From a virus, in IMG/VR virus record IMGVR_UViG_3300025150_000004, positions 78,892 to 142,891 of that record: a stretch of 64,000 nt of DNA; one strand, written 5' to 3'. The position numbers and the translations under genes are program-made. The notes under the pieces were generated by a model that saw only the letters and a list, made by a program, of their open reading frames with translations, made no database searches and had not been told where the DNA came from. Position 1 is the stretch's first letter. Each line of letters opens with the position of its first letter. Of this stretch, positions 1 through 9,957 are shown one piece after another.

Positions 1-603
1 GCCACCAGGTCTTGTACGACCACCTCATCAAGGCTGGGAAGCAGGACATCCTGACCGGCACCATGCACGACCTCTACGGTCCCGAGGGGCGTGCAGCCGT
101 GTCCGAAGCCCTGGACACGATGGATGACAAGGAGTTGGCCGCCTACGGCAAGACGGGGCACTTCTCGGAGCTTGCGTCCAAGCTCACCGACTCCAAGGTC
201 GGTGAGGAGCAGAAGGCGTTCATCCGTGGGTTCCTCAAGCGCCAAGGGATCGAGGACAACGGCCCAGTCGTTCATCGAGGCGGCCGAATCCGAGTCGGGA
301 ATCGCAGGCGAGAAGCTCGAAGCTCAGTGGCAGGACCACATCTCCAAGCACCCCGAGGCCAAGGCGTGGGATGACCGCATTCTCTCGGCTGCCCAGAAGG
401 GCGGGGCCGATCAGGAGGCCCTGGAGAAGGAGTACCTGGTCTGGCGGTCCCAGATGTACCTCGAATGGCTCCGTCTGATGGGCATCGACCTCCCCAAGGG
501 AAACCCGGAGCGTGCCCGGCACGAGCACATCACCGACACCAAGGACCCCACACTGCTCGGGGAGAAGCTCGTTCCCCAGGGGGAGGACAAAAAGACAGGC
601 TGA
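1..603 (+). CDS. 3' part of a hypothetical (probably head-associated) protein; apparent frameshift or deletion near 260-270
   Basis: Frame of ORF 12..374 reads as plausible protein up to QGIEDN. Frame of ORF 91..603 becomes plausible from AQSFIEAAE to the stop at 603. Confidence 0.55.
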
Positions 604-680
604 CAACGAAACTTTGGCACCACAGACGGAAAGTTTGATGTTGGGGCGAGGCCCAAACTTCGCCTCGGCGATTTTTCTTC

Positions 681-710
681 AATCTTCCTTCTATACGGCA
701 GGGCTTATGA
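681..710 (+). promoter_or_regulatory. putative late promoter (AAT-N8-TAT-N12-ATGA)
   Basis: Same spacing as 11 other sites upstream of structural genes. Confidence 0.55.
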
Positions 711-784
711 GCGGAGGGCCGTGTGCCCGTGCTTTCCGCCGTTAGGGAAGGACACCACGTTCACCACCTCGGAGGACTACGATC

Positions 785-1423
785 ATGGCATTGACCAAGA
801 AGGGCGCACTGCTCATCACCCGTGACCTGGACCGTGTGGCAACGGTCATCACCCGTGAGGCCAAGGAACTCGGGATTCCCGACAAGGTCGCCACCGGCTT
901 CGCCGAGTGGTGCGACCGTCTGGCCGACCGCATCGAGGCGACGGCCGGAATCGACCCGAAGGACACGGCCGCCAAGGAGGCGCTCCTCAAGCAGGCGCTC
1001 TCCGGCGAACCGGCGGCGAAGACCGACTACCCGTTCGACAAGGGCAAGACCTACGACGGCGAGGAGATCGGCAAGGAGCAGTCGGGTCCCCAAGAGGGTG
1101 ACGCCGACGAGAGCTACATGCGGGGCGAGTTCACCCAGCAGGAGAACCGGGAGCTTCGGGAGAAGCAGGAGGGTGGCCAGATCTCCGGCGTGAACACCGA
1201 CCCCCGTGGCCCCCGTCCCGGCGTCCAGGCGGCCCTCGACAACCTGTCTCAGGTCGTCAAGAGCGCCACCTACACCGACGACGTGGCCGCCAAGGTCGCC
1301 GAGGCCCTGAACCTCGCCGCCGACATCGCCAAGAGCGGTGCCAAGGCCGAGGACGAAGAGGAAGACGAGGGGGAGGCCAAGGAGGCTTCCTCTTTCAACC
1401 ACGGCTACAACCTGAACGCCTAA
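785..1423 (+). CDS. hypothetical head-associated protein
   Basis: GGAGG RBS, high GC3 codon usage, in head operon, K-x-A motifs (KTD, KSA, KEA). Confidence 0.75.
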   Translation: MALTKKGALLITRDLDRVATVITREAKELGIPDKVATGFAEWCDRLADRIEATAGIDPKDTAAKEALLKQALSGEPAAKTDYPFDKGKTYDGEEIGKEQSGPQEGDADESYMRGEFTQQENRELREKQEGGQISGVNTDPRGPRPGVQAALDNLSQVVKSATYTDDVAAKVAEALNLAADIAKSGAKAEDEEEDEGEAKEASSFNHGYNLNA

Positions 1424-1448
1424 TCGAGAGATCCAGGGAGCAACCAAC

Positions 1449-2045
1449 GTGAGCGAGAGGGCGGCATACGTCGATTACCAGCAGCGGGCTTCCGAGTTCG
1501 CCGTTGGCGACGCAGTCTATCCGTTCATGTCGGGGAACCATGACCTGATGGGACGGGTCCAGGCTGTCTGGCCCGCCATCGGCATGGTGCAGGTCGAGTG
1601 GCCCCACGGGTCCGAGCGGGTTCCGGTGGAAGACCTCCAGCGGTATGAGCGAAAGGACCAACTGCCCCCTGCGGTGGGTCTCGACAACGTGCCCGGTGGG
1701 GCCTCCTCGGTCTCGGTTCCGGGCGGGCCGGTGGCTCCCAAGACGGCGACTCTCGCCATCGAGGGCTCCATCCGTCGGGTCGCCGAGGCGTTCGTCAAGA
1801 AGGCTCTCTACTGGGGGGCCTCCGACCGGAAGTATCGTGCGACCAAGGGTGAACTGGATTCTGGGTCCTTCAACTGCCCCAAGTGTCGGGAGCACGCCCT
1901 CCGCAAGGCCATCTACAAGAGGCAGGAGGGGCGCAGTGAGCCTCTCCTGGGCTGCCCAAGCTGCATGTTCCTGATCAAGCGGTGCGACATCATCGGCTCG
2001 GACGAGTGGCGAGACCTGAACGAGCCCGTGCTGGAGGTGGCCTGA
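1449..2045 (+). CDS. hypothetical protein with C-terminal zinc ribbon (CPKC...CPSC)
   Basis: GTG start after GGGAG; immediately upstream of the protease. Confidence 0.75.
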   Translation: MSERAAYVDYQQRASEFAVGDAVYPFMSGNHDLMGRVQAVWPAIGMVQVEWPHGSERVPVEDLQRYERKDQLPPAVGLDNVPGGASSVSVPGGPVAPKTATLAIEGSIRRVAEAFVKKALYWGASDRKYRATKGELDSGSFNCPKCREHALRKAIYKRQEGRSEPLLGCPSCMFLIKRCDIIGSDEWRDLNEPVLEVA

Positions 2046-2046
2046 G

Positions 2047-5000
2047 ATGGCGTTCATGAAGTACGCCAGGGCCGTGGTCGAGCACCCTCACGTCTCCCGA
2101 CGTGAGTGGGGCCAGATCCGCACGGCAGGACGTTCCTTCGGGAAGGTCCCGAGTTTCGCCCGGACCCGGGTGAAGCTGGCGAGGGGGTCTGTCCCGACCA
2201 ACCTGGTGGACCAGGCGAGCACCATCTTCGGGGATGTGTTCGACCCGGGTCAGTACCTCCTGACCCATGCCACCATCGTGGCTTCGGTGGATGTGTTCCA
2301 GCCCCAGGGGATCAAGCTCGGTTCCCAGTTGGAGGGCGGGTTCGTCGTCAACCGCAAGTACGGGGACTTCCGGGTCGAGCCGAGGTGCGCCCAGTTCATC
2401 AACAACAACCGGGACGCCTGGACTCGTGGTGTCCTCCTCAAGGCGTTCGAGACGTTCATCGGCGGGCACAACTTCGTCGAGCACGTCCAGATCGAGTCGA
2501 TGTCCAAGGGGCGGATCATCGACGCAGTGGCCCGGGACATCGGGGACTCGGTCTACATCGACATCCTCATCGCCACGGACCGGAAGCACCGGGACCTGGT
2601 GACGGCCATCGAGAACGGCAAGATGGGCACTTTGTCGATGGGGTGTTTCCTGCCCGGCACGCAGGTCACGATGGCGGACGGTCGCCGCATCGCCATTGAG
2701 GATGTGCAGCCCGGTGACATGGTGCTGACCCACAAGGGCCGTGCCCGTGAGGTGCTGAACAAGCAGATCAAGGGTGGCAAGTGGGATATGCGGACGGTAC
2801 ATGCTGTTGGGCTGGCATCCCCCATCACGTCCACAGGCAATCATCCCTACTACGTCCTTCGGCCCGCCGAAGTGTGCGCTTGCGGGTGTGGCGAGAGCCT
2901 GCCCGCTTATGTTTCTTCTGCGAAGAAACCGACGACACGAAGCCTCACACGGCGGTTCAAGGTCGGACACGACAAACGTGTCCTGAACCCCAACAACACC
3001 TACTCGCTGGATGAGTTCAAGCGTCGTAAGGCGCAGATGGACGAGATCCAGAACCCCGAGTTGGTGAAGGTTCGGGCCGATGAACTTCGGGTAGGGGATT
3101 TCATCGCCTTCCCACGGGTGAAGGATGGTGAGCACACCCTTTCCGTCTCTGACGGCAAGGCCCGTCTGCTTGGCTACTTCTTGGCCGAAGGGTGCTTTGC
3201 TAAGGAGAAGGGGCGTCCCGTTCAGGTGACGTTCTGCTTCTCGATGGATGAGAAATCTACGTTCGTTGCCGAGGTGGAGGGCCTGCTCAAGCAAGAGTTC
3301 CCAGACAGGCGGAATGAGCCGTGGGTGCAGGAGCGGGTTGACAGCAACAACTGCATGGTTCACATCCGTGACCCAGAGGTTGCGGCGTGGTTCAAAGAGC
3401 ACGGCGGCGAGTACAGCCCTGGTAAGCGCCTGTCGGCTGACGCCATGAACTGGTCGGTGGAGAGCCACAAGCACCTGATCGGGGCGTGGCTAAACGGCGA
3501 CGGCCACCGGGCCAAGGCTCATGGTGGGTTCCTTGTGGGCACCACTGTCTCACTGGACCTCGCCAGCCAGATGCACGCCCTGATGGCGAAGTGCGGTTGG
3601 TTTGCCCGGTTCGAGGCCCGCATCGGGTCGAAGTCGGTCACGGTGGCCGAGGCAATCAACGGTGGTGTTGCTGTTCGGGATGAGGCGACGGGGCGGCTTC
3701 CGGCGTACCTGCTGACCATCGGGAACACGCAGTCGGTCGAGTTGCAGGGCTACTGCGCCAAGGCTCCCACCACGGCGAAGTACAGCAACCAGAACAACCG
3801 CACTTTTGAGGATTGGGTGGTCAGCCCGATCACGGCCATCGAGGAGAGTACCTACGAAGGTTGGGTCCACGACATGGAAGTGGAGGAGGACCACACCTAT
3901 GTTGCTGTAGGCGCCTGTGTGTCCAACTGCACCGTCGATGGGACCATCTGCACGAAATGCGGGCACTGGGCGGCCGACGAGACCGAGATGTGCTTCCCGA
4001 CAGGCACCCGAATCCTGATGGCGGACGGCAAGTACGTTCCCATCGAGGAGGTGGTCGAAGGGGATCTGGTCGTCACCCATACGGGGGCGATCCAGCCTGT
4101 CCTGCACACGATGGGGCGACACCACGACGGCAACGTCACCGTGCTGAACGTCGAGGGCGTGCCTCAGCCGATTCGGGCAACGACCGGGCACCGTTTCTGG
4201 GTCATGCGTCCCGAAACGCACTGCCAGTGCGGGTGTGGGCAGTCGTTTCGGCGCACCGTCGAACACGAACGGGGGGCGTCACAGGCGTTCCAACGTCGGT
4301 TCCTGCCCGGACACAACAGCAAGGTGATTCCTTTCCCGTCCGGGTTGTTCGCCCCGGCTGACAGCAGGAACACGGGGGCCAATCTGGAGTTCGTCCCGGC
4401 GAAGGACATTCGCAAGGGCGACTACCTGACGTTCCCCATTCCTCAGCAGGTCACGGCCTCTCCCGAGGCTACTGAGGACAAGGCTCGTCTCATCGGGTTC
4501 TTCTTGGCCGAGGGGAGCTTCATCAAGCGGGATGGGGTACTTGTCGGCGTGAGCTTCGACTTCGGGGCGCATGAGTACGGCTCCCTTGCTGTCGAGGTCG
4601 AGGATCTGCTCAACAAGGTCTGGGGTCGGGACGAGCGCCGCACGGTGGACTTTGACTGGCGGCAGAAGGTGGCGTCGGAGGGTGCCAAGCCAATCCGTCG
4701 TCGCAAGAACAGTCGTCCTGTCCCCACCGATCTCACCTGTCCGTCGTGTAAGGCACCTTCGGAGTACGCCTACAATGTCCGGTTTAAGAAGGGCCAGGAC
4801 GACTGCTACCAGTGCAAGGTGTGCAACCGTCAGTGGGTCGAGGGGTCGGACCGGGCCGTGAGGGCTTGCCGCAATCTGACGGGGGAGTCCGCCTGTTCGG
4901 TTCGGCTGATGTGTTCCGAGGCTGCTGAGTGGTTCCACACCTTCTGCGGGGAGTACGCCCACGGCAAGGCGCTGGCTCCCGAGGTCATGTACTGGCCGCA

Positions 5001-6471
5001 GGAGATCCAGAAGCACGTCCTGTTCGGTTGGTTGGGCGGGGACGGGACTCAGTCCCGGTTAGGGATCACGGGCAACACGGCGTCGTTCGATCTGATGAGC
5101 CAGATGCACGTTCTGGCTGCCCGGTGCGGTTGGTATAGTCGCAAGCAGGTCACGTTCGACCGTCGAGCCGCCATCTTGGACGAGGTGGTCAACGGTTCCG
5201 GTCCGGTGACGGTGCGAGATAGCAATGGATGGCTGCCTTCGTTCTCGTTGACCCTGCCCGAGCCTGCGGGCTTTGGTGGTGAGGTTAGGTTCACGGACCC
5301 CGAAAGCGCACGGGTCACGTTGTCGGGTGTCACGGACGGTTTCAAGCGGGTGGGCAACTACCTGTTGTACCGGGTCCGAGAGGCATGGAACGAGTGCTTC
5401 TCCGGGCAGGTCCACAACATCGAGGTCGCCAAAGACAAGAGCTACGTCGTGGAGGGCATGGCCGTCCACAACTGCCCGCACATCAAGTACCAGAAGGGCA
5501 ACACCTTCTTCGACGAGCAGGGTCGGCAGCACATCATCGCCGAGCTTTGCGGGCACGAGAGCCTCGACCCAACCGGCGGCGTCACCTTCATCGAGGCGTC
5601 GTGGGTTGAGACACCAGCCTTCACGGGAGCGGTCCTCCGCAACGTGATGGAGGCGACCGAGGAGACGGCCAAGAAGGCCGAGGCAGTTCTCAACTCCCCG
5701 CCCCCCCAGTGGTCCACCGCCGCCATGGCGAAGGCCGCAGGGATGACCAAGACGGGCGTGGGGATCGACGCCCTGGAGCGGGCGGCGCAGCAAGATGGCC
5801 GTGTCGTGGGCCGAGTAGCCCACGGTCCTCTGACTTCTCCCGAAGTCCTCTCTGTCGGGGCCAATCCTTCGATGGAGGCCGACCTGTTCCTGTCGGGATG
5901 GGACGAAGAGGACGACGAGGGGGCCGACGCCCCCGCTGCACCTCCGAAGGAGGAGGGCACCCCTCTCGAAGAGCTTCGCCAGGAGGTCAAGCAGCACCTC
6001 CTGAACGAGGTCAAGCGGGAGATCAAGGACGAGATGAGGAAGAAGGACGTGTCCGACCGCCTCGACTCCACGGCCCCCAACGACACGGTTCAGCATGAAG
6101 CTGATGGCCTCGGGACGCCCTCAAGATCCCGACAGCACGAGGCACGGGCCTACACGGCCGGGATCAACACCTTGGTCCGCACTGCTGCCTCGGACATCGA
6201 TCTGATGGAGGCGGTTGCCGCCTTCAACAGGGAGGCAGGGGTTTCGGTCCCTGTCCCGCTTTACCGGGCGGCCCTCAAGGTGGGGCCGTCTACCCAGTTC
6301 TCGGGGTCTTCGACATCCGAGTTCGTCCGGGCCTGCCACGCCGCTCTGGGACGGCAGCCCAACACCACTGAGGTTCGGGTCATGGCCCGTCTCAGCCATC
6401 TGCTGTCCCGTCGGACTTCGGCCCGCACGGGGAACCACAAGGCAGTCGCCACAGAAGGAGCGTTGACATGA
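2047..6471 (+). CDS. prohead (capsid maturation) protease precursor containing two inteins
   Basis: Spliced extein reads ...EH...KGRIIDA...SMGC-TVDGTICTKCG...CPH...FIEASWVETPAF, as in large-phage prohead proteases; lies upstream of scaffold and MCP. Confidence 0.8.
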   Translation: MAFMKYARAVVEHPHVSRREWGQIRTAGRSFGKVPSFARTRVKLARGSVPTNLVDQASTIFGDVFDPGQYLLTHATIVASVDVFQPQGIKLGSQLEGGFVVNRKYGDFRVEPRCAQFINNNRDAWTRGVLLKAFETFIGGHNFVEHVQIESMSKGRIIDAVARDIGDSVYIDILIATDRKHRDLVTAIENGKMGTLSMGCFLPGTQVTMADGRRIAIEDVQPGDMVLTHKGRAREVLNKQIKGGKWDMRTVHAVGLASPITSTGNHPYYVLRPAEVCACGCGESLPAYVSSAKKPTTRSLTRRFKVGHDKRVLNPNNTYSLDEFKRRKAQMDEIQNPELVKVRADELRVGDFIAFPRVKDGEHTLSVSDGKARLLGYFLAEGCFAKEKGRPVQVTFCFSMDEKSTFVAEVEGLLKQEFPDRRNEPWVQERVDSNNCMVHIRDPEVAAWFKEHGGEYSPGKRLSADAMNWSVESHKHLIGAWLNGDGHRAKAHGGFLVGTTVSLDLASQMHALMAKCGWFARFEARIGSKSVTVAEAINGGVAVRDEATGRLPAYLLTIGNTQSVELQGYCAKAPTTAKYSNQNNRTFEDWVVSPITAIEESTYEGWVHDMEVEEDHTYVAVGACVSNCTVDGTICTKCGHWAADETEMCFPTGTRILMADGKYVPIEEVVEGDLVVTHTGAIQPVLHTMGRHHDGNVTVLNVEGVPQPIRATTGHRFWVMRPETHCQCGCGQSFRRTVEHERGASQAFQRRFLPGHNSKVIPFPSGLFAPADSRNTGANLEFVPAKDIRKGDYLTFPIPQQVTASPEATEDKARLIGFFLAEGSFIKRDGVLVGVSFDFGAHEYGSLAVEVEDLLNKVWGRDERRTVDFDWRQKVASEGAKPIRRRKNSRPVPTDLTCPSCKAPSEYAYNVRFKKGQDDCYQCKVCNRQWVEGSDRAVRACRNLTGESACSVRLMCSEAAEWFHTFCGEYAHGKALAPEVMYWPQEIQKHVLFGWLGGDGTQSRLGITGNTASFDLMSQMHVLAARCGWYSRKQVTFDRRAAILDEVVNGSGPVTVRDSNGWLPSFSLTLPEPAGFGGEVRFTDPESARVTLSGVTDGFKRVGNYLLYRVREAWNECFSGQVHNIEVAKDKSYVVEGMAVHNCPHIKYQKGNTFFDEQGRQHIIAELCGHESLDPTGGVTFIEASWVETPAFTGAVLRNVMEATEETAKKAEAVLNSPPPQWSTAAMAKAAGMTKTGVGIDALERAAQQDGRVVGRVAHGPLTSPEVLSVGANPSMEADLFLSGWDEEDDEGADAPAAPPKEEGTPLEELRQEVKQHLLNEVKREIKDEMRKKDVSDRLDSTAPNDTVQHEADGLGTPSRSRQHEARAYTAGINTLVRTAASDIDLMEAVAAFNREAGVSVPVPLYRAALKVGPSTQFSGSSTSEFVRACHAALGRQPNTTEVRVMARLSHLLSRRTSARTGNHKAVATEGALT
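2644..3927 (+). mobile_element. intein 1 with LAGLIDADG homing endonuclease (428 aa)
   Basis: Starts CFLPGT, block B TGNHPY, LAGLIDADG-like LLGYFLAEG and LIGAWLNGDG, ends ...VHDMEVEEDHTYVAVGACVSN followed by Cys. Confidence 0.9.
3991..5472 (+). mobile_element. intein 2 with LAGLIDADG homing endonuclease (494 aa)
   Basis: Starts CFPTGT, block B TTGHRF, LIGFFLAEG and LFGWLGGDG, ends VHNIEVAKDKSYVVEGMAVHN followed by Cys. Confidence 0.92.
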
Positions 6472-8132
6472 GCACTCGCAACCGTTCGACGTGGGCGGCG
6501 GACAAGAAGGCAGGTCAGGCACCTGCGGTCCCCGGCTACGGATCCGAAGACCAGGACCACCCGGCTCACAAGCCGGAGCCCGGCTACGCCGACTACAAGA
6601 AGGGTGACCCGGACGCCTGGGCCGAGACGCCGAACCCGCCCCCGTACCCCGAGGGCAACCCGCCGTCCGTCCCCGGCTACGACACCGAGGATCAGGACCA
6701 CCCGGCCCACAAGAGGAACCCCCGGGTGGAGAAGCTGTCCTCGCTGGTGGAGAAGAAGGCCAAGAAGGCCCTCGTCATCGCCAGCCACATGCTGGGCAAG
6801 GAGGCCACCAAGGAGGCCGTCGAGCTTCAGGCTCTCGACCTCATGGACATGGACGATGCCGTGATGGAGGCGACCCTCAAGCGCCTCGGCGGCGGCTTCA
6901 TGGCCGACGACGACATGGACCCGATGTACGACATGGAGCCCGAACTCGACGAGGTCGAGCCCATGGCGTGCGGGGCCATGTACGGCCTCGAAGACATGGA
7001 GATGGAGGGGCCGATGGGCGTGTTCGCCAACGCCCTCAAGGCCATCGCCACCGACCTGAAGGCCCTCAAGGACGCCAACCAGAACCAGTACCCCGGCCCG
7101 ACGCTCGGGGGACCGGCGAAGGACGAGGCAGGTGCTCGGGCCGAGGCTTCCCAGGTCTCCGGCCTGGAGGCCAAGGCTCGTGCCGAGGGTGCCGCAGCGG
7201 CCAAGGGCGAGGTCCACGCCTCTGTCTTCGACGGCATGGACAAGGACCGGGACGGCTTCGTGACGGCCTCCGAGTTCACGGGCAGCAAGGCGATCTTCGC
7301 CGCCATCGACGTGGACGCCGACGGCATCATCTCCAAGTCCGAGTACGTCGCCGCCTTCTCGGCCACCGCCAAGAAGGCCGAGGACGACGAGGACGAGGAT
7401 GGCAAGGAGGCCGCCAAGAAGGCCGAGGACGACGAGGACGACAAGGGCAAGGAGGCCAAGAAGGCCGACGACGCCATGCTCGACCTCATGGCCAGCCTCT
7501 CCGACGACGAGATCGCCATGCTCCACCAGGCGTCCGAGGACGACAAGGAGAACGGCGACGACGAGGAGACCGCCGCCAAGAAGGCCGCTGCTCGACTCGC
7601 TCAGCTTCGGGCCGAGGCCGGGTGCGACAAGCTCCCGCCCGCCCTGAAGGAGAAGTGCGAGGAGAAGTCCGGCAAGGGCGACGACAAGGGCGACGACAAG
7701 GGCAAGGAGGCCGCCAAGAAGGCCGACGACGACGAGGACGAGGACGACGAGCCCGAGGACAAGGGCGAGGAGTCCGAGGGCGGTGACGAGGACGACGACA
7801 AGGAGGCCGCCAAGAAGGCCACCGAGGACGCCGCCTTCTTCGCCTCCACCGGGGACCCCATGGGCCTCGGCGGGGACCCGTCCCACGGTCTGAACCTCAC
7901 GGCCGAGGACGAGGCGGTGCTCAACGAGATCTTCGCCGCCGACGTGCCGAACACGGCGTCCGCCCTCCCGGGTGACGCCGTCGAGGCGGCCATGAAGCCC
8001 CAGCCGAAGCAGGCGAGCACCGGCTCGACCGCCCCGGTCGGCAACATGACCCGCACGGCCTCGGGCGGGATCTCGGACCTCTCCCAGCTTTGGGAGTCGG
8101 CTCCCGACGTGTCCAAGGTCTTCGGCGTCTGA
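6468..8132 (+). CDS. putative scaffolding / internal head protein, acidic, with an EF-hand pair
   Basis: Between protease and capsid genes; D/E/K-rich repeats (KEAAKKA); DKDRDGFVTASE and DVDADGIISKSE EF-hand loops. Confidence 0.7.
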   Translation: MSTRNRSTWAADKKAGQAPAVPGYGSEDQDHPAHKPEPGYADYKKGDPDAWAETPNPPPYPEGNPPSVPGYDTEDQDHPAHKRNPRVEKLSSLVEKKAKKALVIASHMLGKEATKEAVELQALDLMDMDDAVMEATLKRLGGGFMADDDMDPMYDMEPELDEVEPMACGAMYGLEDMEMEGPMGVFANALKAIATDLKALKDANQNQYPGPTLGGPAKDEAGARAEASQVSGLEAKARAEGAAAAKGEVHASVFDGMDKDRDGFVTASEFTGSKAIFAAIDVDADGIISKSEYVAAFSATAKKAEDDEDEDGKEAAKKAEDDEDDKGKEAKKADDAMLDLMASLSDDEIAMLHQASEDDKENGDDEETAAKKAAARLAQLRAEAGCDKLPPALKEKCEEKSGKGDDKGDDKGKEAAKKADDDEDEDDEPEDKGEESEGGDEDDDKEAAKKATEDAAFFASTGDPMGLGGDPSHGLNLTAEDEAVLNEIFAADVPNTASALPGDAVEAAMKPQPKQASTGSTAPVGNMTRTASGGISDLSQLWESAPDVSKVFGV

Positions 8133-8138
8133 TCGAAC

Positions 8139-8184
8139 TGGGTTCTTCATCCCCGGTTTTTCGGAGCCGGGGATGAAGAACCCA
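8139..8184 (+). terminator. stem-loop after scaffold gene
   Basis: Inverted repeat tgggttcttcatccccgg / ccggggatgaagaaccca; no clear U-tract. Confidence 0.6.
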
Positions 8185-8204
8185 CGGGAACCCCCGGGTT
8201 CTTC

Positions 8205-8234
8205 GGTAATTGATTGATAGTTGACCTGTATGTG
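8205..8234 (+). promoter_or_regulatory. putative late promoter for capsid operon
   Basis: GGT-aattgatt-GAT-N12-TGTG. Confidence 0.5.
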
Positions 8235-8335
8235 TGAGGGCGGATGACCCGCTCATCAAACTAGAGGCCCGAGGGGGCAAGGCTCCCGCTGGCTTCAACA
8301 CCAAGGCCCTGTGAACAGGGAGTGGAGGATACAAC

Positions 8336-8983
8336 ATGCCTTTGCTTGGACAGGCCAGCGGTGGGTGGACCGAGTCGTCTTCGGCCCTTCGTCTTCTGCA
8401 CCTCGGCGTGCGGAACTCGACGGGGGTGCTCACGGATGACGCTTTCACCCAGGCCAACCCTCGGGTGATCGTGGTCGCTGCCACGATCTCGACTCATGTG
8501 GACACGACTGCGACCGGCGTTCTCTCCGGCTCGGTGTGCTTCGCCCGTCAGGACGGCGGTGAGAACTTCATCGGCGGACCGACGGCCGACGGCAACAACG
8601 CCGGTGCGAACGACGCCCGCCAGCGTCCCCTGGGCGTCTTCATCAACTCGGCGAACGGCAACGCCTTCGAGAACACCCCGGGCACGGCGTCCGGCAAGGG
8701 ACCCTACGTCTCGGGCCAGGGCACCTACGGCAACGGGCTGTTCGAGACGCAGGTGCTCACGGGCGGCGGTGCCGGGAACAACCTGGCGTACACGGCCGGT
8801 GACCGGCTGGTGGCCTCCGTCAACGGGTTCCTCACGAACTCCACTGGCGTGGCGACCGACGTTCACGACGCCGCCGGTGGTCACGCTTCGAGCGACCTCG
8901 GCGGCAACGCCTACGAGATCGGCATCCTGAAGATGGCCCCCGACGCCACCCAGAACGAACTGGTCTACGACCAGCGCATCTGA
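8336..8983 (+). CDS. putative capsid decoration / stabilising protein
   Basis: Directly upstream of MCP; G/N/T-rich beta-type sequence with PLGVF...SGKGPYV...YTAGDRLVASVNGFLT typical of such proteins. Confidence 0.65.
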   Translation: MPLLGQASGGWTESSSALRLLHLGVRNSTGVLTDDAFTQANPRVIVVAATISTHVDTTATGVLSGSVCFARQDGGENFIGGPTADGNNAGANDARQRPLGVFINSANGNAFENTPGTASGKGPYVSGQGTYGNGLFETQVLTGGGAGNNLAYTAGDRLVASVNGFLTNSTGVATDVHDAAGGHASSDLGGNAYEIGILKMAPDATQNELVYDQRI

Positions 8984-9023
8984 CGGACGACCCGCAACCG
9001 AGAGAACCTCAAGGAGAATTACG

Positions 9024-9896
9024 ATGAGCGTTTCCAACGCAGTGAAGCAGCGGGTCATCGGCGAACTGATCCAGTCCCCCCAGGGACGGGCGAAGCTCGC
9101 CGCCTCGATGACCCAGCCCCTCCGCCTCCGCCGGGACTACGCCTCGGTCGGCCGCAAGACCTTCCTGGTCGAGCAGCTTCCCGATGGCGCACTTCCCATC
9201 TACGACAAGGACCCCGACGTGACGGCGTTCGTGGTCGGCGAAGAGGGCGAGAACATCCTGGCCGTCACCAAGCCGAGGCGGGTGATCTTCCCGCTGTTCG
9301 AGATCGCCAGCAACCCGGAGATCCCGCTGACCCAGATCAAGGAGCGGCGCTTCGACCTGATCGAGCGTGCCCAGGATCTCGGCCGGGCTCAGGTGCAGGC
9401 GGCCGAGGACGAGCGGGTGTTCGCCACCCTCGACGCCATGGCGACGGCGGGCTTCGACTCCCTCCCGGGCCAGACCAACGCCGACATCCCGGTGATCGCT
9501 CCGATCTCGGGTGCGGTGCTGGCCGACGCCTTCTCCCTCGTGGAGCGGCACGACCTGCGGGTGGCTCGGGTGTACATGAACGCCCGGGACTTCGCCGACA
9601 TCCGCAAGTTCGGGCGGAACATCCTCGACATCGAGACCCAGGCCACCCTGCTCAAGACGGGCCTCATGGGCGTGCTGTACGGCGCTCAGATCGTCGTGAG
9701 CCGCCTGGTGCCGGTGGGCACGGTCTACGTCTGCTGCGAACCCGAGCACTTCGGCCGCATCCCGGTCCGTACCGAACTGACGGTGCTCTCCGCCGACGAC
9801 CCGAAGGCCCGCACCATCGGCTTCTCGATCTTCGAGAACCTGGGCATCGGGGCCTTCAACCCCCGGGGCCTCGCCCGTCTCACGGTCAACCGCTAA
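9024..9896 (+). CDS. major capsid protein (HK97 fold)
   Basis: GRAKLAASMTQPLR..RDY.SVGRK.FLVEQLPDGALPIYDKD signature recognised from large-phage MCPs; AGGAG RBS; strongly biased codons; gene order. Confidence 0.88.
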   Translation: MSVSNAVKQRVIGELIQSPQGRAKLAASMTQPLRLRRDYASVGRKTFLVEQLPDGALPIYDKDPDVTAFVVGEEGENILAVTKPRRVIFPLFEIASNPEIPLTQIKERRFDLIERAQDLGRAQVQAAEDERVFATLDAMATAGFDSLPGQTNADIPVIAPISGAVLADAFSLVERHDLRVARVYMNARDFADIRKFGRNILDIETQATLLKTGLMGVLYGAQIVVSRLVPVGTVYVCCEPEHFGRIPVRTELTVLSADDPKARTIGFSIFENLGIGAFNPRGLARLTVNR

Positions 9897-9918
9897 TCAG
9901 CGGTAATCACTCGTCCTA

Positions 9919-9957
9919 TTAGGATCCCCCGTTGTTGAAAACAGCGGGGGATCCTAA
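9919..9957 (+). terminator. hairpin after MCP
   Basis: ttaggatccccc...gggggatcctaa inverted repeat. Confidence 0.7.

Noticed and set aside
9024-9896. Encapsulin rather than phage capsid
   Set aside because: Context includes protease, scaffold, neck, sheath, tube and tape-measure-like genes
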